From Octopus bimaculoides (lineage: Eukaryota), in assembly GCF_001194135.2 (NCBI RefSeq), contig NC_068985.1:20613067-20677066 (forward strand): DNA of 64,000 nucleotides, given 5' to 3'. This document shows positions 14,187 to 28,011 of the stretch, piece after piece (position 1 is the stretch's first letter; the number at the start of each line of letters is the position of its first letter). Position numbers and translations under genes: made by a program. The notes under the pieces are model-generated. The model was not told where the DNA came from. It did not search any database and worked only from the letters and a program-made list of their open reading frames with translations.

Positions 14187-14286
14187 CCTAAATTCAGAAT
14201 ACTTCAATTTGTTGATTTTGTACAAACCAGTTATAAAACTTCCTATCCATTTTGGTTGTATATATCTATTAGCATGCGTGATAGAG
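14187..14286 (+). other. Candidate 100-nt exon (PKFRILQFVDFVQTSYKTSYPFWLYISISMRDR), product unknown
   Basis: cacttatttttag acceptor, GAG|GTGAGC donor, two of three frames open; no recognised homology. Confidence 0.25.
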
Positions 14287-14875
14287 GTGAGCATACTACC
14301 CACCCTTATCCATTTTTATTTTGCTAAATGTGCCTCAAGAGCAATGAACTGTTTGTGTGAGTGTGTGAGAGAGAAAGAGAGAGAAGCAAGTAAACATAAG
14401 AGAATGAGAATGTGAGGGAGAAGTGAGGGAGAGAGAGATATGAGTGTAGGAAAGAGAAAGAGAGTTTTAAGGAGCTCATGTGCTCTTAAGTTAATTTCAT
14501 TGCATTTGGAGACTTCAGTGCTTCAAAGCATGTATGTGCCTTATGGAGTGTAAACCACCTTATATGCTGTAAGCCATGATAAATTAAAATGTGGATGGAA
14601 TATAATTCCTAAGTGTGCCAATGATTCTTTCAACCATGATTCCTTACTGAATAAATGATTATTCATGTAAGGGTAATTTTATAGGCACCATTTTCCTGCT
14701 CTTCCCCTCCAATTATGCCAAAAATTTAACAATACAAAATAACTCCTAGCATCATGATAAAAAGTTTCAATATCCCCTTTACTTGTTTTTGTTGATATAC
14801 AAATAATTTTACCAATCTCTCAAAATGGAGGTGTTAAATAACAAAACAGTAAACTTTGTATTGTTTTAATATTCG

Positions 14876-15745
14876 TTTTTACTCTAGGCACAAGGCCCGA
14901 AATTTTCAGGAGTGGGGACCAGTCAATTAGATCGACCCCAGTACACAACTGGTACTTAATTTATTGACACCCAAAAGGATGAAAGGCAAAGTCGACCTCG
15001 GTGGAATTTGAACTCAACGTAAAGACAGATGAAAGACCGCTAAGCATTTCACCCAACGTTCTAATGGTTCTGCCAGCTCACCACCTTGTATTGTTTTAAT
15101 ACTGACTGAATCTGTAAGGTGGTGAGCTGGCAGAATCATTAACATGTCAGGCAAAATTCTTAGAAGTATTTCGTCTGTCTTTATGTTGTGAGTTCAAATT
15201 CCGCCAAGGTTAACTTTACCTTTCATCCTTTTAGAGTTGATAAATTAAGTACCAGTGGAGTACTGGGGTCGATGTAATCGACCATCCCCCCTCCCTAAAA
15301 TTTCAGGCCTTGTGTCTAGAGTAGAAAGAATTATATTAACACAGCAGGTGTAATGCTTAGCAGCATTTTGTCTGTCTTTATGTTCTAAGTTCAAATTCTG
15401 TCGAGGTCGACTTTGCCTTTCATCCTTTTGGGGGTCAATAAATTAAGTACCAGTTGCATACTGGGTCGATCTAATCGACTGGCCCCCTCCCCCAAAATTT
15501 CAGGCCTTGTGCCTAGAGTAGAAAAGAATATTGACTGAATCTGTGAGGTGGCGAGCTGGCAGAATCGTTAGCACAACTGGCAAAATGCTTAGTGGAATTT
15601 TGTCTGTCTTTACATTCTGAGTTCAAATTCCATGAAGGCTAACTTTGCATTTCATCCTTTTGGGGTCAATAAAATAAGTAACAGTTGACTACTGGGGTCA
15701 ATGTAATTGACATACCCGAAATTGCTGGCCTTGTGATAAAATTTA
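14876..15745. mobile_element. Cluster of four family C tRNA-derived SINEs (14876-15085 minus; ~15115-15335, ~15353-15530, ~15545-15745 plus)
   Basis: aaggtggcgagctggcagaa...gagttcaaattcc...gtcgactttgcctttcatcc...gataaattaagtaccag; central part resembles the MetaSINE domain (from memory); flanking duplications ttgtattgttttaata and tgactgaatctgt. Confidence 0.9.
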
Positions 15746-17407
15746 CTGAATCCTTTTTTAAATATTACCAAATACTTTTCTGTGATACCCAATTATATTG
15801 ATTAAACATTGTTGTCATTCTTTAAGTTTTCTTTCTGAAACCAAGAGACTCAAGGAGATATCCATCTAGTTTTTTTTAGTTTTTTATTTAGCAATGTTTC
15901 AATTTTTATAATTAATTGTCCACTAAGTGTAAGAAATTATAATTTAGTAATTAGTAAATTGGAGTTCCAATGGAGAAATAACTTTCTCTGTTCACTAAAT
16001 ACCATTAGCTTTAGAATTTCATATGCCTGACTTCTTTTAAAGAAAGTTAATGAAGATTGCTTCATAAGTAGATTTGTTCTTCAATCTGTACATTTAGTTA
16101 TGTGCTGGGAAAAGAAGTAATATTCCTTGTTGGTCTGGGTTTTATTGTAATTGCTAGTATTAACACCAGTAATACCATTAAAAACATTATTTCAATGGGT
16201 TCATCTGCCCCACTTATTTGTTGTCTGCTGGTGTAACAGCAGACAGCTGTTTGTAACTTCTTTCCATTATCCTACTCTGCTTTCCACTGTCTCTGATTCC
16301 TTTAATAATGTTCAGAGAGTTGCAATATTTGATGTTTAGTACATGGGTGGAGTAAAAAAAAAAGGTGTATTTGTTCTTTGCTGATGTTGATGTGGCCAAT
16401 GTTGCCTGTTTATAGGATTTCTCAAATGTTCCTTTTCACATCTTTTACTCTTAGAAACATAATTTCCATTAATGATAAATATGATGTAGATTGTAAAAAA
16501 AAACGCTGAGATCCTTTGCAGGTGAAATGTTTTCACTTGAAGTGGTCAGCTCAATTTCAGGAACGCCAACATCCAAAAAAATCATCACAATCGGCATGAA
16601 GATCACAATGGTCACCACCACCACCGTCATCGTTAATATTATCATCTTCATCATCAGCAGCAGTAGCAGCAATTTTCCTCATCATTCATAATTATCATAA
16701 GTAGCTACATCATCACTTATTGGCATTATTGTTGTTGTTGGTTTTGCTGTCATCATTTTTGTTGTTGTCTTCCTTGTCATTGTCAAGGCTGGCAGAAACC
16801 TTAAAGCATTCAAAAAGCACCTTGCCGTATTTGTTCCCTCTCTTATTCATACTGTCATGACCATCTTTGCCTTTCATCCTTTCAGGATCAATAAGTTAAA
16901 GAACAAGTCAAGTACTGGGAATGATGTTATCAACTTACCCCTCCCCTCAAAACTGCTGGCCAATGTATACATTCTTGTCCAAGCAGGCAACCCTCTCAGC
17001 CTGCTAAACATGTTTGCAAGTAGAATATAACATACTTTGATCATATTCGCTGCCAGTCATTTGATTTTCTCAAGTGAACAGCCATGATTGGTAATATACT
17101 GAACAAGTGTAAACATAGGAAATTGTCAGCAATAACTGATGACATAAAACAGTAGATGGTATACCAGCTTAGCCACCATCTACTAAAAACTACCCCAAAC
17201 CAATTAAAGTAGTGCAGTGTTTCTCAACTTTTTCACCCTTGTATCACTCTTAAAATAAATTACATGTCTCAAGGAACCCCTGCATAAAAAAATTATATAC
17301 CATATTTTTCATCATAATTCACGTGGTAAATATCATAAAGACTTCCTCACTTTCCCAAGTGTCAAACTAATGCACCTGTCTTCATCTTTTGTTTTTCTGT
17401 AAATTTC

Positions 17408-17445
<38 letters not shown>

Positions 17446-17589
17446 GGTTGTTATATTTTTTTACAACATGATAGGTTAGCTTGGATGATGCCTATATTAC
17501 AATATTACAATAACCAATAATATGTTGTGCAACTATAGTAATATTACGATCATGAAATTAGCATTAGCTTATCTTACTCTTTCTTGCAG

Positions 17590-17623
17590 AACCCCTAGGA
17601 ACCTTGACAGTACAAGGACAAGT
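17590..17623 (+). other. Candidate 34-nt micro-exon (EPLGTLTVQGQV or TPRNLDSTRTS)
   Basis: Strong acceptor cttactctttcttgcag, donor AGT|GTAAGG. Confidence 0.3.
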
Positions 17624-18959
17624 GTAAGGCCTTGTACTGATGAAATTAGTATTGACATTTTTCTCAAAATTATAGAGTCTCCTTACTCTTGCTGTCATAG
17701 TTGTCATCACCGTAATAACTTTATGTAGTATTATTTTCATTCCCATCAGTTCATCTACCATCATTATTGTCATCATTGCAATAGTCTCACTGTTACCTTG
17801 CTGCCTTCACAAACTAATTCACTAGTGCTGCCATAACCAAATTATCCATTATATTATACAAACTAATGACTCAGATGCATATTAGTGCATAGTTGTTTGC
17901 ACAGCTGCAGTCGTTGCATTAACTGAACAATCTATAGCTCTTAGACCTCATTTACTTTTATTGATTGCAACATCAATCAGTATAAATATATTACTATAAT
18001 GTAGAAATATCTAATGGAAGTTAGTTATGTGTTTCTGTGAATGTGTATGTTTAGGTTTAAAGAATAAAGGTGAGATAAGAGAAAAAACAAAAAAAAGAGA
18101 AGGTGAAAGAAAAGTTGTTTCACTGTTTGAGTGGTTATAGTGATAACATTTAGATCATTTGTTCAAACTATGCATTTTCTCTAGCTTTCCATTTCTCATA
18201 AAATAGGCGCTGAGAAAAGAGCATGTCCTAGCAAATGTGGGAATATAAATTCATAAATGAATTTTATGAATCTTTGTAACAGATGACAGAGTGAAACAGA
18301 TTCCAAATGAACTGTTGGTTGACCCATTGGAGACTTGTAATCAATGGCGATATTATTCACAAATATATGACACTTTTGTTCAAAAGGAATCAAATTCATT
18401 ATGTGGTTTAGATTCCTAACACAATCATCATTATCATTATTATCAGTGATGTCATTAAAATGAGCTTTCCTAGGTTGTCAGGAGTTAGGTTTACTATACA
18501 GGACCCTTTCAATACTATGTCAACACCAATATATTGATGTTTGCATTTATTCCTGTATCTCTGGCTTTCCTCTTATGTGGATTATGACCACTCTCGTCAC
18601 ACAGCACTTTTTCTTATAGCAGCAGATGGTGATGACATGCATCTCAATACAGCTACCTTCTATTCTAACCTCTTTCCATCATTTTTTTAGCTCCATCCGA
18701 TCACCTGAGTTTATAGATGACCAGGTAGCTGTCTGAAACCCTGAAATCATCACCACCATCGTCATGTCACATCCAGGTTCCATGCTGTCATAGGCTGGGT
18801 GGTTTGATGGGATCCAATGGGCTACATCGTGCTTCAGTGTCAGCTTTGGCAGGGTTTCTCTGCTGGATGCCTTTCAAATGCCAACCACTTCACAATGTGC
18901 TTTTTCACTTGCCATCAGCACTATTTAGGTCACCAGACAGCTCACAAGACTATGATCCC

Positions 18960-19500
18960 TGAAGGAGGTTGGTCTTAAGCTAGGGGGTGAGCAGTTAGAG
19001 TATGAGAAAAGGGGATGCAGAATAGGTTCTTGTAGAAAAGCTACATGGTTACTCACATTCAGTAGTGGAGTATGAGAGTAGAAACTATAAAGAGATAGAT
19101 AAGATATGAGGTGTCCAGGAGGCCCCTCAAGGCAAGAATTAAGTAGAAGTGGCTGGATAGGACTATTGTATGATTGATTGTAAGGGTAACAAAAGATGAG
19201 GGAATGAGAATGCAACCTGTGGCTGTAAAAGAAGTTGGATGAAGTTGAAGGGTGATACTGATGAGTCATAAATTAGGGTGGATGGAGATATGAAAGAGAG
19301 TAGGTGGAGGGGAGAGTAGCTGGATAGTAATGATACTATTGACTGGGGAAGAAGGACAGAAGACAGATTACAAGGTGGAGGTTAGGCTGAAGGAACAGTG
19401 GGGAGAAGTAGGCATAGTATGCTGGAAATTGGAAAGATATTTGTGTTTGAGAATTCCATCAGTTCTGGGATTCAGTTGACTACCTGCATTCCATTGGACT
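18960..19500 (-). mobile_element. Very old purine-skewed LINE-like remnant (similar tracts ~30560-31100 and ~44250-44600)
   Basis: Strong GA/CT strand skew; only a faint YHPS.. motif reminiscent of APE endonuclease; family not assignable. Confidence 0.25.
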
Positions 19501-21078
19501 TGTTTAATTGAGGCTAACCTAAGGTTATGCAGCAACAATAATAAATCTCCTTATACTCACTACACATCTACTCATCTCGTCTCTAGTATCACATATATCC
19601 GAGTGTACCTAACTGTGTATTGAAAATCTGAACTCAGAACATGAAAATATGAAAGTTATTTTCTCTAATATACAATACAATAATTATCTTAACATAACAA
19701 TAATAGAGAAATTATTGGAACTAAAAAGTACAATATTAATAATATACACAGTAGCGGTTGTATTTGTTATCATTATCTCCTTTATCATCACATTATCACA
19801 CTACCAACAGTTGTAGCCAATTTACTTCACTTACCACTTTGGGAAAAGTATGAACAAATTATTTTATCTGTGTATGAAAGCAGTAATTATTCAAAATGTC
19901 TTGTTAAATCAAGTAAACACTTCTTACTTTATGTTTCTTTCAAAAAACTCTTACAGAGAAAAAAATAACAAATGTAGACAAAACTTCTAATTTGATATTT
20001 TATATTATCTAAACACCCATTGACAAAGAGTTTGTCTACTAATTTGCATGAATAATTTCAGTTAATCAGTTTTTCAACTCTATATACACAGTTATTATAA
20101 ATATATCATACCTTCTAGTATGAGTATTTAATGTGCAGAACATTCCTTTGTGGCATTTTCCCCCTAATTCTATATATACCGATCATTTCTATGTCTAAAC
20201 CCCTAAGTAGAATGTGTTTCACTGTTGAGAGCTTATAAGATTAAGACTTGTTTGTTATCTTCATCAGTTAACTTTAACGACATGATACACCTACATCAAC
20301 ATCATCATAATTTAACCTCTTCTTTCCCATGCTTGCATGAATGAGATGGAATTCAACGAGGCAGATTTTGTTTGGTGGGATGCCTTTCTTGTTTCCAAAT
20401 AAGGTAATATTTCCCCATGAACAGACATGTTTACATAAAAGGTTCAAAATGAAAGACACATCTTCTATATTAGTGACACTTGCTTACAACTATTGCATGA
20501 TGTCATGGTAAGGAGACAACTACAGCAACACACACACTAGAGATTTATGCAAATCAAATTTTTATATATAAAAGATGGAGGTGGAAATAGCACAAAAGTA
20601 AACCTAAGACATATATAATTTAATAAAAATGATTTTAAAAATTACATAAAGAAAATATGACTGGTTTCGATGATGAATAAAAATTTTAAGTAAAAACACT
20701 TTATCTTCTGTTTGGGGGTCAAAAACATGTCTGGAGATTTCTCTTTGATGCCTTCTTTAAATATAATTTGGTATGGTGTAAAAGAGTAAGAGAGGAGTGT
20801 AGTTGTCTATTGTCTAAAAAGAATTCTTTGTGAGCTTCTGCCAAGGGAGTAGCTTAAAAATAATTATTGAATGGGTTTTATGCCAAACTGTGCATGCGTG
20901 TGTATTGTGTTGAATGTCCGTTCAATATGTTTGGAAAGTGACCAGCTGCGTATTGATGGGTGTATATGTTGTGATGAATGTCTTGTTGAAGAAAGAATTA
21001 GGATTTTCCTTTGGGTTAGATGTATTCTTTTGAGTGTCTCCTCTTGTGTGTATGTTTGCATGTTTTTTGCAATGTTTT

Positions 21079-21119
<41 letters not shown>

Positions 21120-21171
21120 AAATGTTCAATAACAAGCATTGTAACTGTCACAAGAAACGCAATAGAGAACG

Positions 21172-21622
21172 TCAAACGTAAATAGTCTTTGCAAGTTTCT
21201 TGGGCCAGTGAACAGTTCTGCCTGATCTCGTAACGTAAGGTTTGTTCGAGGCAGGCTGCGACGACGAAGGTGGTGTTGTCAAAGGTGCACGTATAGGTGA
21301 TGGTATTGACAAAGGTGCATGTGTACTTTCAAAGATGGGTATGACAGCGGTGTCATCAAAAGATGTGGGCACCTCAAAATATGCCTTTTTAAGACTATCC
21401 ACTGAGACGGTCTCCGAACGACCATTCATATCAATTGTGAAAACTTCGGGTATGCGAGAAAGCACATGAAAAGGTCCCTTGACAGAGTCATCTCGAACCA
21501 AAACATGTGACTAAGAGTTCATATCCGGTGGGACATGAGAGGGTGAAGATTTTCCCAGCAAACCATGGGCAGAAGATATGAAAAATACGTTCGAAGTCTG
21601 GCAACGTAAGACGCCGGATCAT
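21172..21622 (-). mobile_element. Gypsy-type integrase C-terminal fragment
   Basis: DPASYVARLRTYF...SHVLVRDDSVKG-PFHVLSRIPEVFTIDMNGRSETVSVDSLKKAYFE...PYVTRSGRTVHWPKKL, typical post-catalytic integrase tail. Confidence 0.85.
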
Positions 21623-21624
21623 GG

Positions 21625-22150
21625 AGCTGTGAATTCAGAAATCAAGTTCGCCACGCTGTCTGGCATAAACAAACTTACTGAATTTTCAGACTTCCTCGAC
21701 TGTAACTCAGTTAACTATTATTGCTGTTGTAATATTTGTTTCTGCAACTCCTGTAGTTATTCCTGTTGCTTCTCTTGAAGCTGTTTTGCTACAGCTAATC
21801 GGTTCTCCATAAATTAACAATTTGTATGATGTAGAAATTGTCAAATAACTTATGCAAGCTTTGAAAAATCCTCATAGCCAGATGTTGTATCCTTACACCT
21901 CCAATATCATAGTATGGTTGATATTGTTGACGATAGATAAAGAATACACTGTAACAGTGTTATAACAATACAAAATAGAAACAGCAGCAGTAACAAACAT
22001 GCAACAAACCAACAATCTTTTATGAACCAACAATCAATATTTCCAACACTTTAACTCGAACTTTGAAGACCAAACTACAAACTGCCAACTACATCAAACC
22101 ACTATTATTTATATGCACTCATCAGAGGGGGTCGTACTCTCACTACAACA
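21625..22150 (-). mobile_element. Gypsy 5' LTR (21883-22150), PBS-like site and decayed gag start
   Basis: LTR bounded by TGTTGTA...TACAACA, then tctggctatgagga (PBS-like); ATG at 21810 gives MENRLAVAKQLQEKQQE*LQELQKQILQQQ**LTELQSRKSENSVSLFMPDSVANLISEF. Confidence 0.75.
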
Positions 22151-22159
22151 ATATATGTA

Positions 22160-22410
22160 TCATCATCATCATTGTTTAACGTCCGCTTTCCATGCTAGCA
22201 TGGGTTGGACGATTTGACTGAGGACTGGCGAACCAGATGGCTGCACCAGGCTCCAATCTGATTTGGCAGAGTTTCTACAGCTGGATGCCCTTCCTAACAC
22301 CAACCACTCCGAAAGTGTAGTGGGTGCTTTTACATGCCACTGGCACGAGGGCCAGTCAGGCAGTACTGGCAACGGCCACGCTCGAAATGTTTTTTACGTG
22401 TCACCTGCAT
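22160..22410 (-). mobile_element. Family A retroposon (other copies: 8570-8715+, 18750-18960-, 26895-27040+, 29720-29895+, 37238-37352+, 51775-52160-, 53632-53792-, 56670-56960+, 62030-62235-)
   Basis: Diagnostic ttctacagctggatgcccttcctaac.ccaaccactcc and (CAT)n. Confidence 0.9.
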
Positions 22411-22724
22411 CATTTGATTATATTTTGTCTACTTATATTACTTAATCAGATTTATGTATTATAAGTGTTACAATCAATTACATAGTACTGAGACCATAAA
22501 TTTTTGAAAACAGAAGCAAAAGAAAAAAGCCTTACATGACACAACATTTTTTTTTTTATACCTTTACTATGAAGCTGTTGATACAGAAAGAATTGTCAAT
22601 TGACTCTTAGAGAAACAGACAGGTTGTTATTCTTGTTAGACCTAAGTGAACCTTGACCAAGCAGAAGTTTGGTTATAAATATTCCAGCAATGACCATCCT
22701 CACTTTTTAAGGGGATATCTTTTA

Positions 22725-23270
<546 letters not shown>

Positions 23271-24069
23271 TAATGTATTTGTCAGGGTCATTCTCTTTTA
23301 TAGTGCTGGAGTATGATTTGAAGAAACTTTGCTGCTGTTTTTAGTAAGGCAAACAACTATATAACGGATTAATTAATTTAGAGCTTTTAAAATAACTTAC
23401 TGCTATAAATAGTAAAGTTGTTATGAAAGTATATACTGATATACTGTTTCAAGACTTGTGTAATCTACAGATGGCTGGTCTTGTAATTTACTGAAAATTC
23501 AACACTTCTTAGCAATAGAATATAAATATTAGATGTTTGTTGTGGAGCATTTTCTTTGACAAGAGCAATATTTATGAATTACATACATATAGTTAACAGC
23601 TCCTCATTGTAGTAACTGTCTAGTAAGTTCAACAACACTGTGGTAGACTAGTAAATAGAGAGAAACCTATGATGGAACTGTTTCGCATATTTAGATTACA
23701 GGCATAAATTATTACTGGCGTTCTTACTGTCAACTGAAGAGCCAACTTCATCTTTTGATATTTGATTTACATATTTCAGTTATCTTCAAATATATATGTT
23801 TATATACAGGCACTTTCTTTAGTAAAGATACCAACTTATTAACAAGTTTTGCAAGATGTAAAAAAAATATATATATATAGATATATATTATATTATATGT
23901 TTGTGTATGTGTGTGTGTGTATGCATAGGAGTAGCTATGTGGTAAGTAGCTTGCTTACCTCTCTCATTTTTATTCACCTTTTGTTATCATCCTCATCACA
24001 TTAATGTCTTTGTCCAACCTGCAGCTACTATTCTATGTACAGCCCTTGTGGCTAATTTCAATGAAATAA

Positions 24070-24425
24070 AGTAGCTTGCTTACCAACCACATGGTTCTCA
24101 GTTCATTGCCACTGTGTGGCACCTTGGGCAAGTGTCTTCTACTATAACCTCAGGTCGACCAAAGCCTTTTGAGTGGATTTGGTAGACAGAAACTGAAAGA
24201 AGCCCATCTCGTGTGTGTGTGCATGTATACATTTTGTGCATTTGTCTCCCCATCATCACTTGGCAACTGATGTTGGTGTGTTTACATCGCCGTAACTTAG
24301 TGGTTTGGCAAAAAGAAACTGATAGAATAAGTACTAGGCTTACAAAGAATAAGTCCTGGGTCGATTTGTTCAACTAAAGGTGGTGCTCCAGCATGGCTAC
24401 AGTCAAATGACAAACAAATAAAAGA
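24070..24425 (+). mobile_element. Full-length family B SINE (also 45640-46060+, 47720-48050+, 49620-50150-, 53990-54390+)
   Basis: gtagcttgcttaccaaccacatggtt...caccttgggcaagtgtcttctactata...aataagtcctggggtcgatt...ccagcatggc...gtaaaagaata. Confidence 0.9.
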
Positions 24426-24482
<57 letters not shown>

Positions 24483-24765
24483 TGTGTGTGTGTGTGTGTG
24501 TAACATATATAAAGAAAAAAAAGAGATGACACATTAAAAACAAAGGTTACTTTATCAATTTCATTAGCTTACAGCTGTTTCTGCTCTAAGATGCAGTTGA
24601 CTCATAGTTGAGTGCCTGAATAACATCCTATAGCTTCATCAGAGCCTCGAATATGAAGTGCAATTTATTTGGGAAAAAGAATTACAATTTTGGAATATAG
24701 AGTGAGAAAGTTATTGCTGATGTAATATATATATAAGTAGTACATGTATATATCTATGTGTGTGT

Positions 24766-24804
<39 letters not shown>

Positions 24805-25109
24805 TATCATGGTACTGGCCAGACATCAGATGTTATGCATCACAGGTCAAAATACCTTTGAATTGTTTTAGTCTTCGAATGATATGGCTTGTTGGCAAGG
24901 CACAGAAAGCTATGCCATCACAGTGTTACCCATTTACAGTTGAGTGAACTGGAACAATGTGAAATGAAGTGTTTTGCTCAAGAACACAATGCACTGCCTG
25001 GTCCCAGAATTGAACACACGATCTAGCAATTTTAAGTGCAATGCCCTAACCAATTGGCCATGAGCCTTTATGTGTGTGTATGTGTGTGTGTGTGTGTGTA
25101 TGCATGTGA

Positions 25110-25166
<57 letters not shown>

Positions 25167-25360
25167 CATATTATTATGTTATTTACAATAAGTCTATATA
25201 TATGTGAAGGTGTGTGGTTTAGTGGTTAGGGCATTTGGCTCACAATCGTAAGGTCATGAGTTCAATTCGTAGCAATGTGTTGTGTCCTTGAGCAAGACAC
25301 TTTATTTCACATTGATCGTATCAGCTGGGACCCTCATCGTCTTAACCAATGAAGTGCTCC

Positions 25361-25406
<46 letters not shown>

Positions 25407-27048
25407 ATATTAGGGACAAAATCCAAAATTACAGCTAAAAACTCAATTAAAATCAATTATATATATATATATATCTCAGGGATAAAAGTGTTGTTAAGTT
25501 GTAAATTGCAATGAATTTTTGTAAATTTAACTCTTGTGCAATCCTCAAGCTTTCAGCATTTGGCAATGTGGCAAACTAAATTGATTTCCTTAACCATTTT
25601 CTTTTATATCTAATCAATAACCCACAATAAATAGTCAGTGTTGTATAGCACTGAAGTAATATAGGTGAACTGGCTTTTAAGCTTAAAACTTATTTTATCT
25701 AAATAGATTTTTTTTAAATTTTATATTTTATATATTTATTTATTTGTCTAGTAAGTCCATCCAAATCTTACAAGAATTAGAAATAAACTACATTCCTCTA
25801 GATCCTATTCTGATACAAAGATTCACATTCTAATTCATAAAATGCATTTATTTTGTAATTTAATCAGTCCAATATAGAATGATCATTCTAGTATTTAAAG
25901 AAAAATCTTTCAAGTAAGAGTTTCAATTTTAAAGACTTTCTTTGAATATTTAGAATTATTGATCTGTCTACTAATGGACCGGATCATCTATTATTTTCAT
26001 AAAATCGGTTTGCTCTATTCATGATTATTATTTGTTCAGTAACTACAAGTCAACTTCCTCCAGAATGTTAGTTTGCTATTTGTTTGATAGGATTCAGTTT
26101 CTTGGAATATATAATTAAGTCCTTTTTGTTCCGTGTCCTCAATTGACTGTTATAAATATGATTTCTTTAGGGTAGTAGTAATACTAATTATAAATGATTG
26201 ACTTTTAATGTCACAAGGCCAATATCTTAGAAAGGGGTCATATATTTCATATTTCATTAACTCCAGAAGGATGAAAGACAGTCTATCATGGCAGTGTTTA
26301 AATCACAATATGACCAGACATAACTAAACTCTGTATAACATTTAATCTGACTGTTTACTGTTTAATTAATCTGCTTCCTTCATATATTTGATTATTAAAT
26401 GATAATTTATAATCAGAGTACGCATAATGGATCTTAATAATAGTTACAGTTTATGCAGTAGAATAACATATTTACAAGAAGAGCCAATGAATGAGTCTCT
26501 ACATAGCAAGTCAGCCTTCAAGAAATAGCAGCAAAATCTCCCTACAATCTTGGGGAAAATAAAGAAAGAGAAGAGACAACACATTACACAGTATAATCTC
26601 ATATAAACTCTTTGGAAAGGCTGCTTGTTCTCAGCTGGAATATTTCTGAGTGTCTGAGGCTAAATAACAACAACAACATTCACAAAAAATAGTGGGAAAT
26701 GAAAGTTTAGTCATTTAAAATACAAGGAAGTCTATATGATTAAGAAGTTAGCTTTGAAATCACACGGTGTTGGGTTCAATCTCACTGTGCTACACATTCG
26801 GCAGGCGTCTTTTTCTATAACTTTATGTTGACTAATATTATCAAATAAGAGTTTGTTAGATAGAAACTGCAGAAGCCCAACATATACATACATATGTTGG
26901 CGTTAGGAAGAGTATCCAGCCATAGAAACCAAGCTAAATCAGACTGGAACCCCGTGCAAGCTTTCCTGCTTGGCAGTTCTGGTCAAACAATCCAATCCAT
27001 GCCAGCATGAAAAAGGACAATAAATGACGGTGATGAGGATATACATAC

Positions 27049-27092
<44 letters not shown>

Positions 27093-27168
27093 AATATTAC
27101 ATACATATACATATATATTAAAAGTCAGGGTACATTATGTACCTGTTTGCTTGAAAGAAGAGTTAAAC

Positions 27169-27624
27169 CTCTCCAAACCATGCATCTCTCACTATATGTA
27201 AACACACACGGAGAATGTAGCAAATATATTTAGAAAAATGGTCGTCCCCATTTATAAAACTACAAAGAGGAGGGCAGACATCCTAGTATCAATTGATTTT
27301 GCATTATGTGCTGAATTAAAACTTAAAGCTCAAAAATATATTTACCTCTATACTTGTTCACTAATGTTTGTTTGGAAGTCGTGGGGCCTTCAGCTGAACA
27401 CACATGCACAGAGAGGTAAATATATTTTTAAAAATAGTTTACATAGTAAGCCTAGCTGATGAGCTTTAAGTGTCAATTTGACACAGAAAGCGAAATCAAT
27501 TGATACTGGGATGTCTGCCCTCCTCTTTGTAATTTTACAAATGGGGATGACTGTTTTTATAAATGTATATGCTACATTCCCTGTGAGTGTTTACATATAG
27601 TGAGAGATGCATGGTTTTGGAGAG
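27169..27624. mobile_element. Fold-back/MITE-like element with ~180-200 bp imperfect inverted arms
   Basis: ctctccaaaccatgcatctctcactatatgtaaacac... versus ...gtgtttacatatagtgagagatgcatggttttggagag; inner arms aaaaatatatttacctct / agaggtaaatatattttt. Confidence 0.8.
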
Positions 27625-27814
27625 TCTGGCAGTCTTTGCTGCAATATATTAAGAAAAATGTTTCTTATTCTTTACTTTACTAGAAGTAATAGCTTTTACA
27701 TGTGTAATAACTTGTCCTGTACTTTTCCAGGTTTATAATCTTAAGAATATTACTTTTCATGCCCACATTTTTCCATGTAATATATATATATATATATATA
27801 TACATATATAGGGA

Positions 27815-27960
27815 GAATTCACAAAAGACAAAGACAGGTGGTGTAGACAACAAAGAGATCTATTAGTTTAACACCTCGGGAAGTGAAAAAGTCTTTAATG
27901 TTTCAAATCTACGCTCTTCCACAGAAAGGAACACAGAAAGAAACAAGGAGAGAAAATAAA
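27815..27960 (-). mobile_element. Family F Penelope-type terminal repeat with decayed hammerhead core (second copy ~60880-61040+)
   Basis: Minus: cttt-CTGTGGA-agagcgtagattt-GAAACATT-aaag; plus copy at 60901: tattt-CTGAAGA-a-gagc-aac-gctc-AAAATGTT-aaat. Confidence 0.55.
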
Positions 27961-27965
27961 TAACT

Positions 27966-28011
<46 letters not shown>

